From contig OY968762.1 of NCBI GenBank assembly GCA_963695225.1, positions 1,216,001 to 1,280,000 on the forward strand: DNA of 64,000 bases, written 5' to 3'. The notes under the pieces are model-generated. The model saw nothing but the letters and a program-made list of their open reading frames with translations, was not told the DNA's origin and did not search any database. Of the stretch, positions 47,067 through 58,531 are shown piece after piece (within the stretch, counting starts at the first letter, position 1; every line of letters starts with the position of its first letter). The DNA comes from Vulcanimicrobiota bacterium. GTDB taxonomy: Bacteria > Vulcanimicrobiota > Vulcanimicrobiia > Vulcanimicrobiales > Vulcanimicrobiaceae. The position numbers and the translations under genes are program-made.

Positions 47067-48659
47067 TTGCGCATCAAAGCGGCCGTGCCCCGAACGTTCC
47101 GTCGCGCCGGCCCTCCGCATCCGTGCTGCCCCGTCTCTCGACCCGTTTCCGACCCGAGCGCTCAGGACGCGCGAACGGCGTTGCGCCGCGAGACGTTTCT
47201 GCGTTCGATGGCAGCCGCGGCGCTCGCCCCCCTGGCGCTCCCGGTGCTGCGCGAGGGCGCGCGGGCGGAGGCCCCGACGCTGCGGCCGGGCGGCACTCGG
47301 GTCTCCGGAGGCTTGCAGATCCTTGCTGGGAGCTTTCACAACCATAGCACCGACTCCGACGGCGACGCCTCGCCCAAGGCCATCGCCAAGTGGCTGTACA
47401 CCCACCGTCAGGAACTCGGCATCGACTTCGCCGGGCTCTGCGATCATTCGGATTTCTGGCCGTTCACCTATCGCGAGCCGTTCGGGCCCAGCGCCTGGAA
47501 GAAGCAGGCACGCATCGGCGACCAGTACGCGAGCCTAGGTTTTCCGTTCATCCGCGGTTTCGAGTACACGTCCGACGAGGAAAACCACGTCAGCGTCCTC
47601 GGGGCCTCGAGCTACCTCAAGGGGTTGCATCAAGGCGATCTCTCGATGAGCCCGCTCTATCGCTGGCTCGCGGGGCGCGACGCGATCTCGATCTTCAATC
47701 ATCCCAGCGCCAAGGGCGCACTTCAATGGGACGATCTCGCCTTCGCCTCGGAAGTCGCGGACAATTTCGCGGCCATCGAGATCGGCGGACAACCAGGCTT
47801 CGACGGCGCATCCCTCGCGCAGTCCGACGCCGGCTGGTACTGGCTCGCGCTCACGCGCGGCTGGACGGTCAGTCCCGTGATGAACTGGGACATGCACCAC
47901 TGGCGCAGGATCTTCAGGCAGACCGACGTCGGCGTGCGGGGTGGAGACGCGACCACGCTCCCGTGCCAGCGGACGCTCGTCCTCGCCGAGGCCGCGACGC
48001 CCGAGGCGATCGCGAAAGCGCTCGCGGCGCGGCGCACCTCGGCGACCGAGCATCCGAGCCTATGGGCGACGCTCCGCGCTCCCGGCGGGCTCTGGCAAGG
48101 CGGCACGGTCACGAGCGCCCGCGCGGGCCAGACGCTCTCGCTGACCGTGGAGGCCGGGTCGACGATCTGGCCGCTCGAGAGCGTCGAGATCATCTCCGAC
48201 AACGGGGTCGATCCGCACGGCTACTACGACGGCGAAAACTCGGCGCACCTTCGGCGCTCGGGGCCATATGCGCTCAGCTACCTCGAGCAGCACCGGCGCT
48301 TCGCCCATTCGTGCGGCTGCGCCGTCCGCAAGGCGCCGATCGACGGGCCGCCGGAGAATACGACGATCGCGAGCGTCCCGCTCCGGGGGGATCACGCTCT
48401 CCGAACGATCGACGTCACGATCCCGAACACGCCGAGCCTGCGCCCGGACGGCAAGCACTTCTTCTACGCGATCGTCCGCGCAGGTCAACTGCGTGCCTGG
48501 ACCGCGCCGATCTTCACCGATGACGGGACGCTTCGTGCAAGCGTCCCCCGGCCTGCGCAGCCGGCCAAAGCCGCAGCCGCGCCTTCTTCGAGCGAAGCAA
48601 CGCGTACGCTCGAGCCCGCGCCGGAGATCGCGCTAGGCGGGGCCGGCGCGATTCCGTAG
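47067..48659 (+). CDS. Tat-exported PHP-fold metallohydrolase (CehA/McbA-like)
   Basis: LRRETFL twin-arginine-like signal; HNHSTDSDG, CDH, GFEYT, NHP, WDMH; start uncertain (47067-47181). Confidence 0.75.
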   Translation: MRIKAAVPRTFRRAGPPHPCCPVSRPVSDPSAQDARTALRRETFLRSMAAAALAPLALPVLREGARAEAPTLRPGGTRVSGGLQILAGSFHNHSTDSDGDASPKAIAKWLYTHRQELGIDFAGLCDHSDFWPFTYREPFGPSAWKKQARIGDQYASLGFPFIRGFEYTSDEENHVSVLGASSYLKGLHQGDLSMSPLYRWLAGRDAISIFNHPSAKGALQWDDLAFASEVADNFAAIEIGGQPGFDGASLAQSDAGWYWLALTRGWTVSPVMNWDMHHWRRIFRQTDVGVRGGDATTLPCQRTLVLAEAATPEAIAKALAARRTSATEHPSLWATLRAPGGLWQGGTVTSARAGQTLSLTVEAGSTIWPLESVEIISDNGVDPHGYYDGENSAHLRRSGPYALSYLEQHRRFAHSCGCAVRKAPIDGPPENTTIASVPLRGDHALRTIDVTIPNTPSLRPDGKHFFYAIVRAGQLRAWTAPIFTDDGTLRASVPRPAQPAKAAAAPSSSEATRTLEPAPEIALGGAGAIP

Positions 48660-48670
48660 AATCTTCCGCG

Positions 48671-49234
48671 ATGAGGAGATCGCTCCGCACGCTGCTCGCT
48701 GCTCTCTTGATCGGAGGCGCCGTTTTCACGATGTCCAGCGAATCTTCTGCCGCAACGCTTCACCTCACGAGCCCCGCCTTCGCGGACGGCGCGACGCTGC
48801 CGCATTCGACGCTCTTCGACGGCTTCGGCGTCGGCGGCGGCAATAGGTCGCCCGCGCTCGCTTGGAGCGGCGCGCCGGCCGGAACGAAGAGCTTCGCGCT
48901 CACGGTCTTCGATCCGGATGCGCCGACGGGGCACGGCTTCACGCATTGGGTCGCCTTCAACATCCCGGGCGACGCGACGGGCCTTCCCGAGAACGCGGGG
49001 GCGGCGGGGAACACGCACGGCATCACGCTCGGACACACCGACTTCGGGACGAGCGCGTACGGCGGGGCCGCGCCGCCGCCCGGCGATCCGCCGCATCACT
49101 ACATCTTCACGCTCTACGCGCTCGACGTTCCGAAGCTCGACCTCGACTCGACGACGACGATCGCCCTCTTGAACTTCGCGATCCGCGGACACGTCCTCGC
49201 AAAGGCGACGCTGACCGGCCGCTTCGGCCGTTAG
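48671..49234 (+). CDS. YbhB/YbcL (PEBP) family protein
   Basis: NRSPALAW, DPDAP, HWVAFNIP, PPPGD-HHY. Confidence 0.92.
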   Translation: MRRSLRTLLAALLIGGAVFTMSSESSAATLHLTSPAFADGATLPHSTLFDGFGVGGGNRSPALAWSGAPAGTKSFALTVFDPDAPTGHGFTHWVAFNIPGDATGLPENAGAAGNTHGITLGHTDFGTSAYGGAAPPPGDPPHHYIFTLYALDVPKLDLDSTTTIALLNFAIRGHVLAKATLTGRFGR

Positions 49235-49238
49235 CGGA

Positions 49239-50501
49239 GTGCACGTTCGAGCGAACGCACCGCGCGGCGCGCGCGCATTTGCGTGCGCCGCGGCGCTCGC
49301 GTGCGCGCTCGCCGCGGCGTTCGGCCGCGCGCCCGGCGCCGCTTCGCCGATGCCGCAGGCCGCCGTCACGCTCGGCGACGAGGTCTTCTTGCAGGACGCG
49401 TGGCGCGACTTGCAGGGCCGCTGCGTCGGGATCGTGACGAATCAGACGGGCGTCACCTCGCAGCTCGAATCGATCGTCGACGCGGCGCGCCGGAATCCGC
49501 AGATCTGCGTGAAGGCGATCTATTCCCCCGAACACGGCCTGCGCGGCGATCAGCCGGCCGGCGCGAACGTCGCGTCGTACGTCGACCCGCGCAGCGGGCT
49601 CCCGGTCTACAGTCTCTACGGCAAGACGCGGCACCCGACGGCGGAGATGCTCGACGGCGTCGACGTCCTGCTCTTCGACATCCAAGACGTCGGCGATCGC
49701 GCCTACACCTACGTCTCGACGATGGCCTACGTCATGCAGGCGGCCCGGGACTTCCACAAGGAGATCTGGATCCTCGACCGCCCGAATCCGCTCGGCGGCG
49801 AGATCGTCGAAGGCCCCGTCCTCGATCCGCGCTTCGCGTCGTTCGTCGGCCTCTATCCGATTGCGCTGCGGCACGGCATGACCGTCGGCGAACTCGCGCG
49901 GATGTTCAACCAAGAGTTCGGGATCGGCGCCGACTTGCGCGTCGTGCGGATGCGCGGCTGGAGGCGCAGCATGTTCTGGCCCGCGACGAGCCTCGCGTGG
50001 GTGCAGACCTCTCCGAACATCCCCGAGTGGGACACGACGCTCGTCTATCCGAGCACGGGCCTCATCGATGCAGCCGGGATCAACAACGGCGTCGGCTTCA
50101 CGAAGCCGTTCAAGTACGCAGGCGCCTGGGGGCTCGACGGCGCGCGGTTGGCGGACTATCTGAATGCGCGCCCGATCCCCGGCGTTTTCTTCCGCGCGGC
50201 CTCGTGGACGCCGGTCTCCGGCTTCTGGAGCGGGAAACAGCTCGGCGGGGTCGAGCTTGTCGTGACGAACCCGCGCACGTTCCGCGCCGTCCGCACCGCC
50301 GTCGAACTCCTGTGCGCCGTCCGCGAGATCGCCCCCGGCCTGCTCGCAATCCACGCCGATGCGCTCGATAAGGATTGGGGGACCGACGCACTCCGCCTCG
50401 GCCTCGCCGGCGGCCTCACCCCGGAGCAGATCGTGCGCACGTGGGAGCCCGAAACCCAACGCTTCCGCGCGTTGCGCACGCGTTTTCTGCTGTATCCGTG
50501 A
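49239..50501 (+). CDS. namZ: DUF1343 exo-beta-N-acetylmuramidase (NamZ-like)
   Basis: TNQTG, SPEHG, FDIQDVG, LDRPNP, HGMTVGE, SPNIP. Confidence 0.88.
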   Translation: MHVRANAPRGARAFACAAALACALAAAFGRAPGAASPMPQAAVTLGDEVFLQDAWRDLQGRCVGIVTNQTGVTSQLESIVDAARRNPQICVKAIYSPEHGLRGDQPAGANVASYVDPRSGLPVYSLYGKTRHPTAEMLDGVDVLLFDIQDVGDRAYTYVSTMAYVMQAARDFHKEIWILDRPNPLGGEIVEGPVLDPRFASFVGLYPIALRHGMTVGELARMFNQEFGIGADLRVVRMRGWRRSMFWPATSLAWVQTSPNIPEWDTTLVYPSTGLIDAAGINNGVGFTKPFKYAGAWGLDGARLADYLNARPIPGVFFRAASWTPVSGFWSGKQLGGVELVVTNPRTFRAVRTAVELLCAVREIAPGLLAIHADALDKDWGTDALRLGLAGGLTPEQIVRTWEPETQRFRALRTRFLLYP

Positions 50502-50574
50502 AGGCGGCGCCGGCCGGGCGCGCGAGCGGCCGGAGCGGTCCAGGAACGGCGCGCGCCCTCGCCAAGAACCCTCG

Positions 50575-52026
50575 ATGCAGCCCGATTCCCGTAAGCGCGC
50601 GGCGCTCCACGCTCGCCTCGCCGACGCGATCGGCCGCGATGCGGTGAAAACGCAACCGGAAGATCTCGCCGCGTACGCGTACGACGCGTTCAGCGAAGAG
50701 CAGCTGCCGAGCGCCGCCGTGATCCCGCGCGATGCGAAGGACGTCAGCGCGATCGTGCGCATCGCGCGCGACTTCCAGGAACCGCTCGTCCCGCGCGGTG
50801 CGGGGACGGGGCTCTGCGGCGGAGCGGTCCCGGTGCACGGCGGGATCGTGATCTCGTTCGCGCGGATGAATCGCATCCTCTCGTTCGACGCGGCGAACCG
50901 GCGCGCGCGCGTGCAACCCGGGACCGCGAACCTCGCGCTCTCGCTCGCGACGCAGCCGCTCGGCCTCTTCTTCGGGCCCGATCCTTCCAGCCAGAAGATC
51001 TCGACGCTCGGCGGGAACACCGCGACGAACGCGGGCGGCCCGCACGCGCTCTCCTACGGCTCGATGACGAACCACGTCCTCGGCGTCGAATTCGTCGATG
51101 CCGAGGGCGAGGTGCATTCCGTCTCGTGCGACGATGCGGGCTACGATCTCTCCGCCGCGTTCGTCGGCAGCGAAGGGACGCTCGGCATCATCACGGCGAT
51201 CGACCTGCGCCTCCTCCGTCTTCCCGCCGCAGTCCGCGTCTGCGTCGCGGCCTTCGGCGATATCGACAGCGCTTCGGCCGCCGTCTCGGCGATCGTCGGC
51301 GCGGGGATCGTCCCGACCGCGCTCGAGATCATGGATCGCGTGATCACGCAAGCGGTCGAGGCGCACTATCACGCGGGCTTCCCGACCGATGCGGGCGCGG
51401 TGCTGCTCGTCGAGATCGCCGGCGCCGGCGAGGACATGGCGGCCTCCGAAGCGGCGATCGCCTCGATTGCGAAAGCGCATGGCGGGCTCTCGTGGCGCAG
51501 CGCGCGGAGCGCGGCGGAGCGCGAAGCGCTCTGGGCCTCGCGCAAGGGCGCGGCCGGCGCGATCGGACGCATCGCGCCGAACTACTACATCCAAGACGCG
51601 ACGGTCCCGCGCACGAAACTCCCCGAAGCCGTCCGCGCCGTCGACGCCGTCTCGCGAGAGCACGGCCTCGCGGTCGGCAACGTCTTCCACGCAGGGGACG
51701 GCAACCTGCATCCGCTGCTCCTGTTCGATCGTCGCGAGCGCAAGCAGATCGAAGCGGTATTCGCGGCGGGAACCGACATCCTGACCGCCTGCATCGCGCT
51801 CGGCGGAACGATCTCCGGCGAACACGGCATCGGTTTCGAAAAGCGCGAGTCGCTCTCGAAGGTCTTCTCGAGCGACGATCTCGCGACGATGGGGCGCGTC
51901 CGCGAGGTGTTCGATCCCCGGCGGCTCTTCAACCCGGACAAGATCTTCCCGAGCGGTGCGGTCTGCGGCGAGGTGCGTGCGGGCCTCGCCGCAACGCCCG
52001 TGGCAGGCGTAGCGAGCGGCGAATGA
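50575..52026 (+). CDS. glcD: Second GlcD-like FAD-linked 2-hydroxyacid dehydrogenase subunit
   Basis: RGAGTGLCGG, PDPSSQ, HAGDGNLHP, GEHGIG. Confidence 0.88.
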   Translation: MQPDSRKRAALHARLADAIGRDAVKTQPEDLAAYAYDAFSEEQLPSAAVIPRDAKDVSAIVRIARDFQEPLVPRGAGTGLCGGAVPVHGGIVISFARMNRILSFDAANRRARVQPGTANLALSLATQPLGLFFGPDPSSQKISTLGGNTATNAGGPHALSYGSMTNHVLGVEFVDAEGEVHSVSCDDAGYDLSAAFVGSEGTLGIITAIDLRLLRLPAAVRVCVAAFGDIDSASAAVSAIVGAGIVPTALEIMDRVITQAVEAHYHAGFPTDAGAVLLVEIAGAGEDMAASEAAIASIAKAHGGLSWRSARSAAEREALWASRKGAAGAIGRIAPNYYIQDATVPRTKLPEAVRAVDAVSREHGLAVGNVFHAGDGNLHPLLLFDRRERKQIEAVFAAGTDILTACIALGGTISGEHGIGFEKRESLSKVFSSDDLATMGRVREVFDPRRLFNPDKIFPSGAVCGEVRAGLAATPVAGVASGE

Positions 52027-53285
52027 AACTCACGCTCCCCGACCCCGCCCAGTTCGCGCTCGACGGCAAGCTGCCGTCGCGCATCGTCACTCCGGCTTCG
52101 CCCGAAGAGCTCTCCGCGACGTTGCGCGCCTGCGACGCCGCGGGCGAAGCGGTCGTCGCGTTCGGCGGCGGGACGCTCCAAGGCGTCGGGTACGCCCCAG
52201 CGCGGTACGACGTCGCGATCGGCCTCGGCGCGCTCGACCGGACGCTAGAGTACGAGTATCGCGATCTGACGATCGCGGTCGAAGCAGGGATGACCGTCGG
52301 CGCCTTCGAGCGGACGCTCGCGAAGAACGGTCAGTTCGTCCCGCTCGACGTTCCGCGCCGCTCAGCGAGCACGGTCGGCGGAGCGATCGCGGCCGGCTGG
52401 CTCGGGCCGCGCCGCGCGGCGTACGGGCGTCCGCGCGATCTGCTCATCGGGACGGCGGTGGTCCTCGCCGACGGGACGATCGCGAAAGCCGGAGGGATGG
52501 TCGTCAAGAATTCGACCGGCTACGATCTGAGCCGCCTCTACGCGGGCTCCTTCGGAACGCTCGCGGTCCTCGTGCGCACGAATTTCAAGACGAAGCCGCT
52601 CCCCGCGCTGCAGCGCATCGCGCTCGCGCCGCTCCCCGAAGGGACGCGCGAACGCGCCGCTGCGCACGTTCTCGCGCTCGAGATCGAGCCGGCGGCCGCA
52701 CTCATCATCGGCGGATTCGCCGGGGAGATCGAAGGGCGCGACGGCATCGACGGCCGCATCCTGCTCTTGTTCGAAGGCTCCGAGCGCGCGGTCGAACGCG
52801 CGACGCGCGACGTCCGCTCTGCGCTCGGCGCCGCGGGCGTTCCGGAGACGGCGCTCGTCGACCGCGGCGCGGGCGAGGTGCTGCAGCGCGCGATCGACGC
52901 GTACATCGCTCCCTACGGCGCGTCCGTGACGTACCGCATCGGCGGCCTGCCGAGCGATGCGCTCCAGCGCGAGCGTTCCGTCGGTCTGCTCGTGCAACGG
53001 CACGGTCTCGCCTACGAATCGATCTGCGACGTGCGGACGGGCGATCTGATCGCGCGCGTCGCCGGGGAAGACGACGCGCATCTCGACGGAGCGATCGTCC
53101 CGTTCGACGAGGCGCTGCACGGCGCAAACCCGCGCGCGACGGTCCTCGCGGCGCCCGCCGGCGTGCGCGAGCGGCTCGCCGTCTGGGGCGCACCGCCGGC
53201 CGCGCTCGAGCGGATGCGCGAGCTCAAGCGCCGCTTCGACCCCAACGGGACGCTCGCGCCGGGCCGCTTCGTCGGCGGGATCTAG
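52023..53285 (+). CDS. glcE: Second GlcE-like FAD subunit
   Basis: DLTIAVEAG, GGMVVKNSTGYDL, LKRRFDP; ATGA overlap with glcD2. Confidence 0.85.
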   Translation: MKLTLPDPAQFALDGKLPSRIVTPASPEELSATLRACDAAGEAVVAFGGGTLQGVGYAPARYDVAIGLGALDRTLEYEYRDLTIAVEAGMTVGAFERTLAKNGQFVPLDVPRRSASTVGGAIAAGWLGPRRAAYGRPRDLLIGTAVVLADGTIAKAGGMVVKNSTGYDLSRLYAGSFGTLAVLVRTNFKTKPLPALQRIALAPLPEGTRERAAAHVLALEIEPAAALIIGGFAGEIEGRDGIDGRILLLFEGSERAVERATRDVRSALGAAGVPETALVDRGAGEVLQRAIDAYIAPYGASVTYRIGGLPSDALQRERSVGLLVQRHGLAYESICDVRTGDLIARVAGEDDAHLDGAIVPFDEALHGANPRATVLAAPAGVRERLAVWGAPPAALERMRELKRRFDPNGTLAPGRFVGGI

Positions 53286-53337
53286 CCGCGCCGCTCAGCG
53301 ATCGAGCGTGGCTTGCGCTCATCGCCAAGCAAAAGCT

Positions 53338-54129
53338 TCAGCCGGCTCCAAGCCGTTTCCGGCTTGCCTCGTCGGGAACCTGAACCACCAGCGCTAGTGA
53401 TTGTGACAACAGCAACGTCATGGTCTCGTAGTGAAACGTCCCAATCGGCGATTCGATGGTGCAGGCGTTCGGCAAGAGCGGGCTCGTGATTTCGTACTCG
53501 TTCCAGATCCTGCGCAGATCGCCGTCGGCGATGATGCGGTCGCGAAGCTGGAGCAACGTCGTCGCAGTTGGTTGTCGCCCGATGCTTGATTGGAGCATCG
53601 CGAAAATGGGCCGGATATTGTCGGCAAGCTGCGAACCGTGCATCTTTCGCGACTCGTCGTGCAAGAACAAGCGATCGACCGCGTTGAAGTGCACTTCGTC
53701 TTCGCGAATGGCCCACACGCGGCGGAAAGCGTCGTTGTAGTTGATGATGTCCCACGTCGGGTTGATGATGTAGGCCGGAAACGCGATGGCATTGAGTGTC
53801 GCGACGACCAACGGTTCCGGCACCGAAGGCCGTTGCGGAGGGCGCCTTACACCGGCGAGAGCGAGCAAGTATTCCCGTTCGGAATCCGAAAGGCGCAGCG
53901 CTTCGGCGACCGTTGTCAGCGTCGCTTCCGATACGCCGGACGCTTCCCCGTTTTCAAGCGACGTGTACCAGGATACGCCGATCCCGGCGAGCGAGGCCAC
54001 CTCTTCGCGTCGCAGTCCTGCCACGCGGCGCCGCCCGGTCGCCGGAAGGCCCACGTCAGCGGGCGCAAGACGAGATCGGCGCTCTTTCAGGAACCGAGAC
54101 AGCTCGCTGGACCGGCCTTGCTCGCTCAT
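53338..54129 (-). CDS. XRE/MmyB-family transcriptional regulator
   Basis: FLKERRSRL, RRRVAGLRREEVASLAGIGVSWYTSLE; PAS-like PAYIINPTWDI. Confidence 0.9.
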   Translation of the reverse strand: MSEQGRSSELSRFLKERRSRLAPADVGLPATGRRRVAGLRREEVASLAGIGVSWYTSLENGEASGVSEATLTTVAEALRLSDSEREYLLALAGVRRPPQRPSVPEPLVVATLNAIAFPAYIINPTWDIINYNDAFRRVWAIREDEVHFNAVDRLFLHDESRKMHGSQLADNIRPIFAMLQSSIGRQPTATTLLQLRDRIIADGDLRRIWNEYEITSPLLPNACTIESPIGTFHYETMTLLLSQSLALVVQVPDEASRKRLGAG

Positions 54130-54231
54130 CCTTACACTGCCAATAGTACGGTTGCCCGCATCCTTCCTACGCTCGGTCGCCCGCAGTATGATCGCGCTGA
54201 CGATCTCGGATACCGCACAGAGGAAACTGCC

Positions 54232-55059
54232 ATGCCAAATGTTGTCGTCGTAGTCGGCGCCGGATCGATCGGGCAGGCGATCGCCCGACGGGTCGGCGCC
54301 GGCAAGCACGTCCTGCTGGCGGACCTGCGCCGCGAACTCGCCGATGCGGCGGCGAAGGTCATGAGCGATGCCGGATTTGACGTGAGCACCGCGACCGTCG
54401 ACGTCTGCTCGCGCGAGTCGGTCCACGCGCTCGTCCAGAGGGCGACGGCGCTTGGCGACGTCTGGGGCGTGATCCACGCCGCCGGCGTCTCGCCGTCGCA
54501 GGCGTCGCCGGCGACGATCCTGCGCGTCGACCTTTACGGCACCTCGCTCGTGCTCGAGGAATTCGGCAATGTCATCGCTCCCGGCGGGTCTTGCGTCGTC
54601 ATCGCGTCGATGTCCGGACACCGGTTGCCGGCGCTAACCGCCGAGCAAAACACAGCTCTCGCGACAACCCCCACCGACGAATTGCTCGCGCTCCCGATGC
54701 TCCAGCCGGATCGCGTGACGGACCCGTTGCACGCGTACCAAATCTCCAAGCGCGCGAATTCGCTGCGGGTGATGGCGGAAGCCGTGCGGTGGGGTAAGCG
54801 CGGCGCGCGAGTCAATACGATCAGCCCCGGAATCATCATCACTCCGCTCGCGAACGACGAATTGAGCGGGCCTCGCGGCGCCGGGTACCGGCGCTATATC
54901 GCGGGGTCGGCGGCCGGGCGCGCCGGCACTCCGGATGAGGTCGCAACCGTCGGCGCGCTCCTCATGGGCCCGGACGGCGCCTTCATTACCGGCAGTGACT
55001 TCCTCCAGGACGGCGGAGTCACAGCCGCCTACTGGTTCGGCGAGCTCGGTTCGGCATGA
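54232..55059 (+). CDS. Short-chain dehydrogenase/reductase
   Basis: GAGSIG, HAAGVSP, AYQISK, RVNTISPG, FITGSD. Confidence 0.92.
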   Translation: MPNVVVVVGAGSIGQAIARRVGAGKHVLLADLRRELADAAAKVMSDAGFDVSTATVDVCSRESVHALVQRATALGDVWGVIHAAGVSPSQASPATILRVDLYGTSLVLEEFGNVIAPGGSCVVIASMSGHRLPALTAEQNTALATTPTDELLALPMLQPDRVTDPLHAYQISKRANSLRVMAEAVRWGKRGARVNTISPGIIITPLANDELSGPRGAGYRRYIAGSAAGRAGTPDEVATVGALLMGPDGAFITGSDFLQDGGVTAAYWFGELGSA

Positions 55060-55337
55060 GCGCAAGGCACGTCGTTCTCCCCCGATCCGGCTCCGCCGGC
55101 CCGCGCCCTGCCGGCGACATTTCGTTCGATGCGTTGGAGCATCCGAAGCTATCACAACGCGATCGCGACCTGATTACCGTCGCCTTCCTCGTGGCGCTGA
55201 ACCGGACGACCGAGCTGCCTTTCCACGTGAAGAAAGCCCTCGAGAGCGGAGTCAGGCGCCAAGAAGTCATCGAGCTCGTTGCTCACCTCGCACATCATGT
55301 GCCGCAAGCGGCGCCGTGCGCGCCGGAACGATGGTAA
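55056..55337 (+). pseudogene. Degenerate carboxymuconolactone decarboxylase/AhpD-like gene
   Basis: LSQRDRDLITVA...ELPFHVKKAL...ELVAHLA, then diverges where FYAGWP is usually found. Confidence 0.6.
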
Positions 55338-55344
55338 GACCATC

Positions 55345-56491
<1,147 letters not shown>

Positions 56492-56498
56492 CGCACGA

Positions 56499-57707
56499 TC
56501 AGTTGGAACGGCGGACCGCGGCCTTCCGCTCGGCGCCGCGCTTCCCGACGGCGAGCATCGCAAGCGCGGCGAGGAGCGGGATGTAGCTGACCTGCGCGAG
56601 CGCGGCGTCGAAGCCGAAGCGGACGCCGATGAAGCCGGTCAGCGCGACGAACATCGAGCCGACGCCGAACGCGACGCCGTTCATCAAGCCGAGCGCCATC
56701 CCGAGATTCCGCGGGAGCATCGCCTGCACGAGCGCGACGCCCGGAGCGTTCTGCATCGCGAGCAGCGCGTTCCCGCAGAGCAAGAGCGCGATGCCCGGCA
56801 CGCCGGGAACGGCGAAGAAGAATACGAGGAACGGGACCGCGGCGCAGAGGCTGCCGACGCTGACGCGGAGCGCGCCGAAGCGGTCGGCCATGGCGCCGCC
56901 GGCGTAGAGGCCGACGACCGAAACCATCAGGAAGGCGCTGACGAGTTCGCCGGCTTCCGTCAGCGTGTAGCCTCGCGCGGCGAGCACGTTCGGCAAGAAC
57001 GTCATGAACGCGCCGGTGACGAATTGGCGGAGCGCCGTGCTCGCGATGATGAGCGTGACGCCGAAACGGTCGACACGCTCGCCCGCCGGGCGGGCGACAT
57101 ACTCGGGGCGCTCGCCGCCGTAGGCCGCCCGGTCGATGCCGGGCATGGTCGCAAAGATCGCGCACGCGACGAGCACCATCGGCGGCAGGAGATAGAGTTC
57201 GCCGGAACCGCCGAAGTGCGCGAGCAGCGGCGCGATCGCGATGGGGCCGAGCGAGAAGCCGATCTGCCCCCCGATTTGGAAGATCGAGATGCCGCCGGCT
57301 TTGCGCGTGCCGCTGAGGAGCGCGGAATATTTCCCGGCTTCCGGGTGCATGACCGCGGAGCCGATCCCGCCCGCGACGATGCAGAGCGCGAGCAGCGAGA
57401 GCGAGTGGACCGAGCCCGCAAGCGACAGGCTCGTCACCGTCAAGAGGATCGCGCTCGGGAGAAACCACCAGCGGCCGTGACGGTCGGCGTAAGCGCCGAA
57501 GAACGGCTGGACGACAGAGCTCGTGAAGTACCACAGGAAGCCGAGGAGCCCCTGATAGACGGGCGAGAGACCGTCGCGCGCGATCACGAAGTAGATCACG
57601 AGCGGGATCATCCCGGCGAAAAAATCGCTGATGCCGTGCGCGAACGCTACGAGCGAGAGCGCCCGAAGGTTCCACTCGCCCGCGCGCCGGGCAACGCTAA
57701 CTCCCAA
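56499..57707 (-). CDS. MFS transporter (Fsr-like)
   Basis: AHGISD, QPFFGAYADR, MHPEAG, FQIGG; multiple TM helices; start uncertain. Confidence 0.88.
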   Translation of the reverse strand: MGVSVARRAGEWNLRALSLVAFAHGISDFFAGMIPLVIYFVIARDGLSPVYQGLLGFLWYFTSSVVQPFFGAYADRHGRWWFLPSAILLTVTSLSLAGSVHSLSLLALCIVAGGIGSAVMHPEAGKYSALLSGTRKAGGISIFQIGGQIGFSLGPIAIAPLLAHFGGSGELYLLPPMVLVACAIFATMPGIDRAAYGGERPEYVARPAGERVDRFGVTLIIASTALRQFVTGAFMTFLPNVLAARGYTLTEAGELVSAFLMVSVVGLYAGGAMADRFGALRVSVGSLCAAVPFLVFFFAVPGVPGIALLLCGNALLAMQNAPGVALVQAMLPRNLGMALGLMNGVAFGVGSMFVALTGFIGVRFGFDAALAQVSYIPLLAALAMLAVGKRGAERKAAVRRSN

Positions 57708-57925
57708 TCGCGCGCACCCCGTCTTGCCGCAGGCCCTCCGCGGCCCGCCGGCCCGGCGCGCACGCGAACGAATCACCGAAGCGTTCCCACTCCATCCCAC
57801 GGAATGACCCCCTCCGGAGCGGCTTGGTTTCGCACGCAACGGCTTCGACCGAGGGGCAGAGCGCAACGACTCTGCGACCCGGCACGTTCAAGTGCGTAGC
57901 ATCACACTCTTCCGATGGGAGACCC

Positions 57926-58498
57926 ATGCGCAATCTTCTTGCATTCGCGTTCGCGGCGGCGTTAGCGGCTTCGAGCGCCCCGGCCTTCGCCCAGGCGGCA
58001 GGCGGCGCAATGCCCTCATGCCCGGCGAACGACCCCGTCGTTTGGCTGAACACGTCGTCCAACGTCTACCACGTCAAAGGCGACAAGTATTTCGGCAACA
58101 CCAAAGCCGGCAAATATCTCTGCCAATCGCAAGCCACCGCGGCGGGCGGCCGCCAGTCGAAGGAAGGGTCGCGGTCGACCGGGACCACGTCGGCCGGAAC
58201 CACGTCGGGCGCGACTGCCGGTGCGGCGGCTACCCCCACACCCAGGAAGCACTTCATGTTCGGAAACGGCGCCACGCCGGCTCCGGGCAACGCGGCCGGC
58301 ACGCCGGCGACGGCGGCGCCCGGCGCGATGGCGACCAAGGCACCAAAACATCATCACCACAGCACGCCTTCGCCCGCGGCCGGCGCGCCGGCGACCGCAG
58401 CACCCGGCGCGATGGAAACCAAGGCCCCGAAACATCATCACCACAGCACGCCTTCGCCTGCGGCCGGCGCGACGGCAGCGCCCTCGCCGAGCAAGTAA
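57926..58498 (+). CDS. Secreted small protein with Cys-flanked domain and duplicated His4-containing tail
   Basis: Signal peptide AFA; CPANDPVVWLN...YH...YLC; two 28-aa repeats containing KHHHH. Confidence 0.8.
   Translation: MRNLLAFAFAAALAASSAPAFAQAAGGAMPSCPANDPVVWLNTSSNVYHVKGDKYFGNTKAGKYLCQSQATAAGGRQSKEGSRSTGTTSAGTTSGATAGAAATPTPRKHFMFGNGATPAPGNAAGTPATAAPGAMATKAPKHHHHSTPSPAAGAPATAAPGAMETKAPKHHHHSTPSPAAGATAAPSPSK
58301..58468 (+). repeat. 84-bp tandem duplication
   Basis: (T/A)PATAAPGAM(A/E)TKAPKHHHHSTPSPAAG x2. Confidence 0.9.
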
Positions 58499-58531
58499 TC
58501 CGGCCTCCCGCGCGGCGTCAACGACGCTCGC

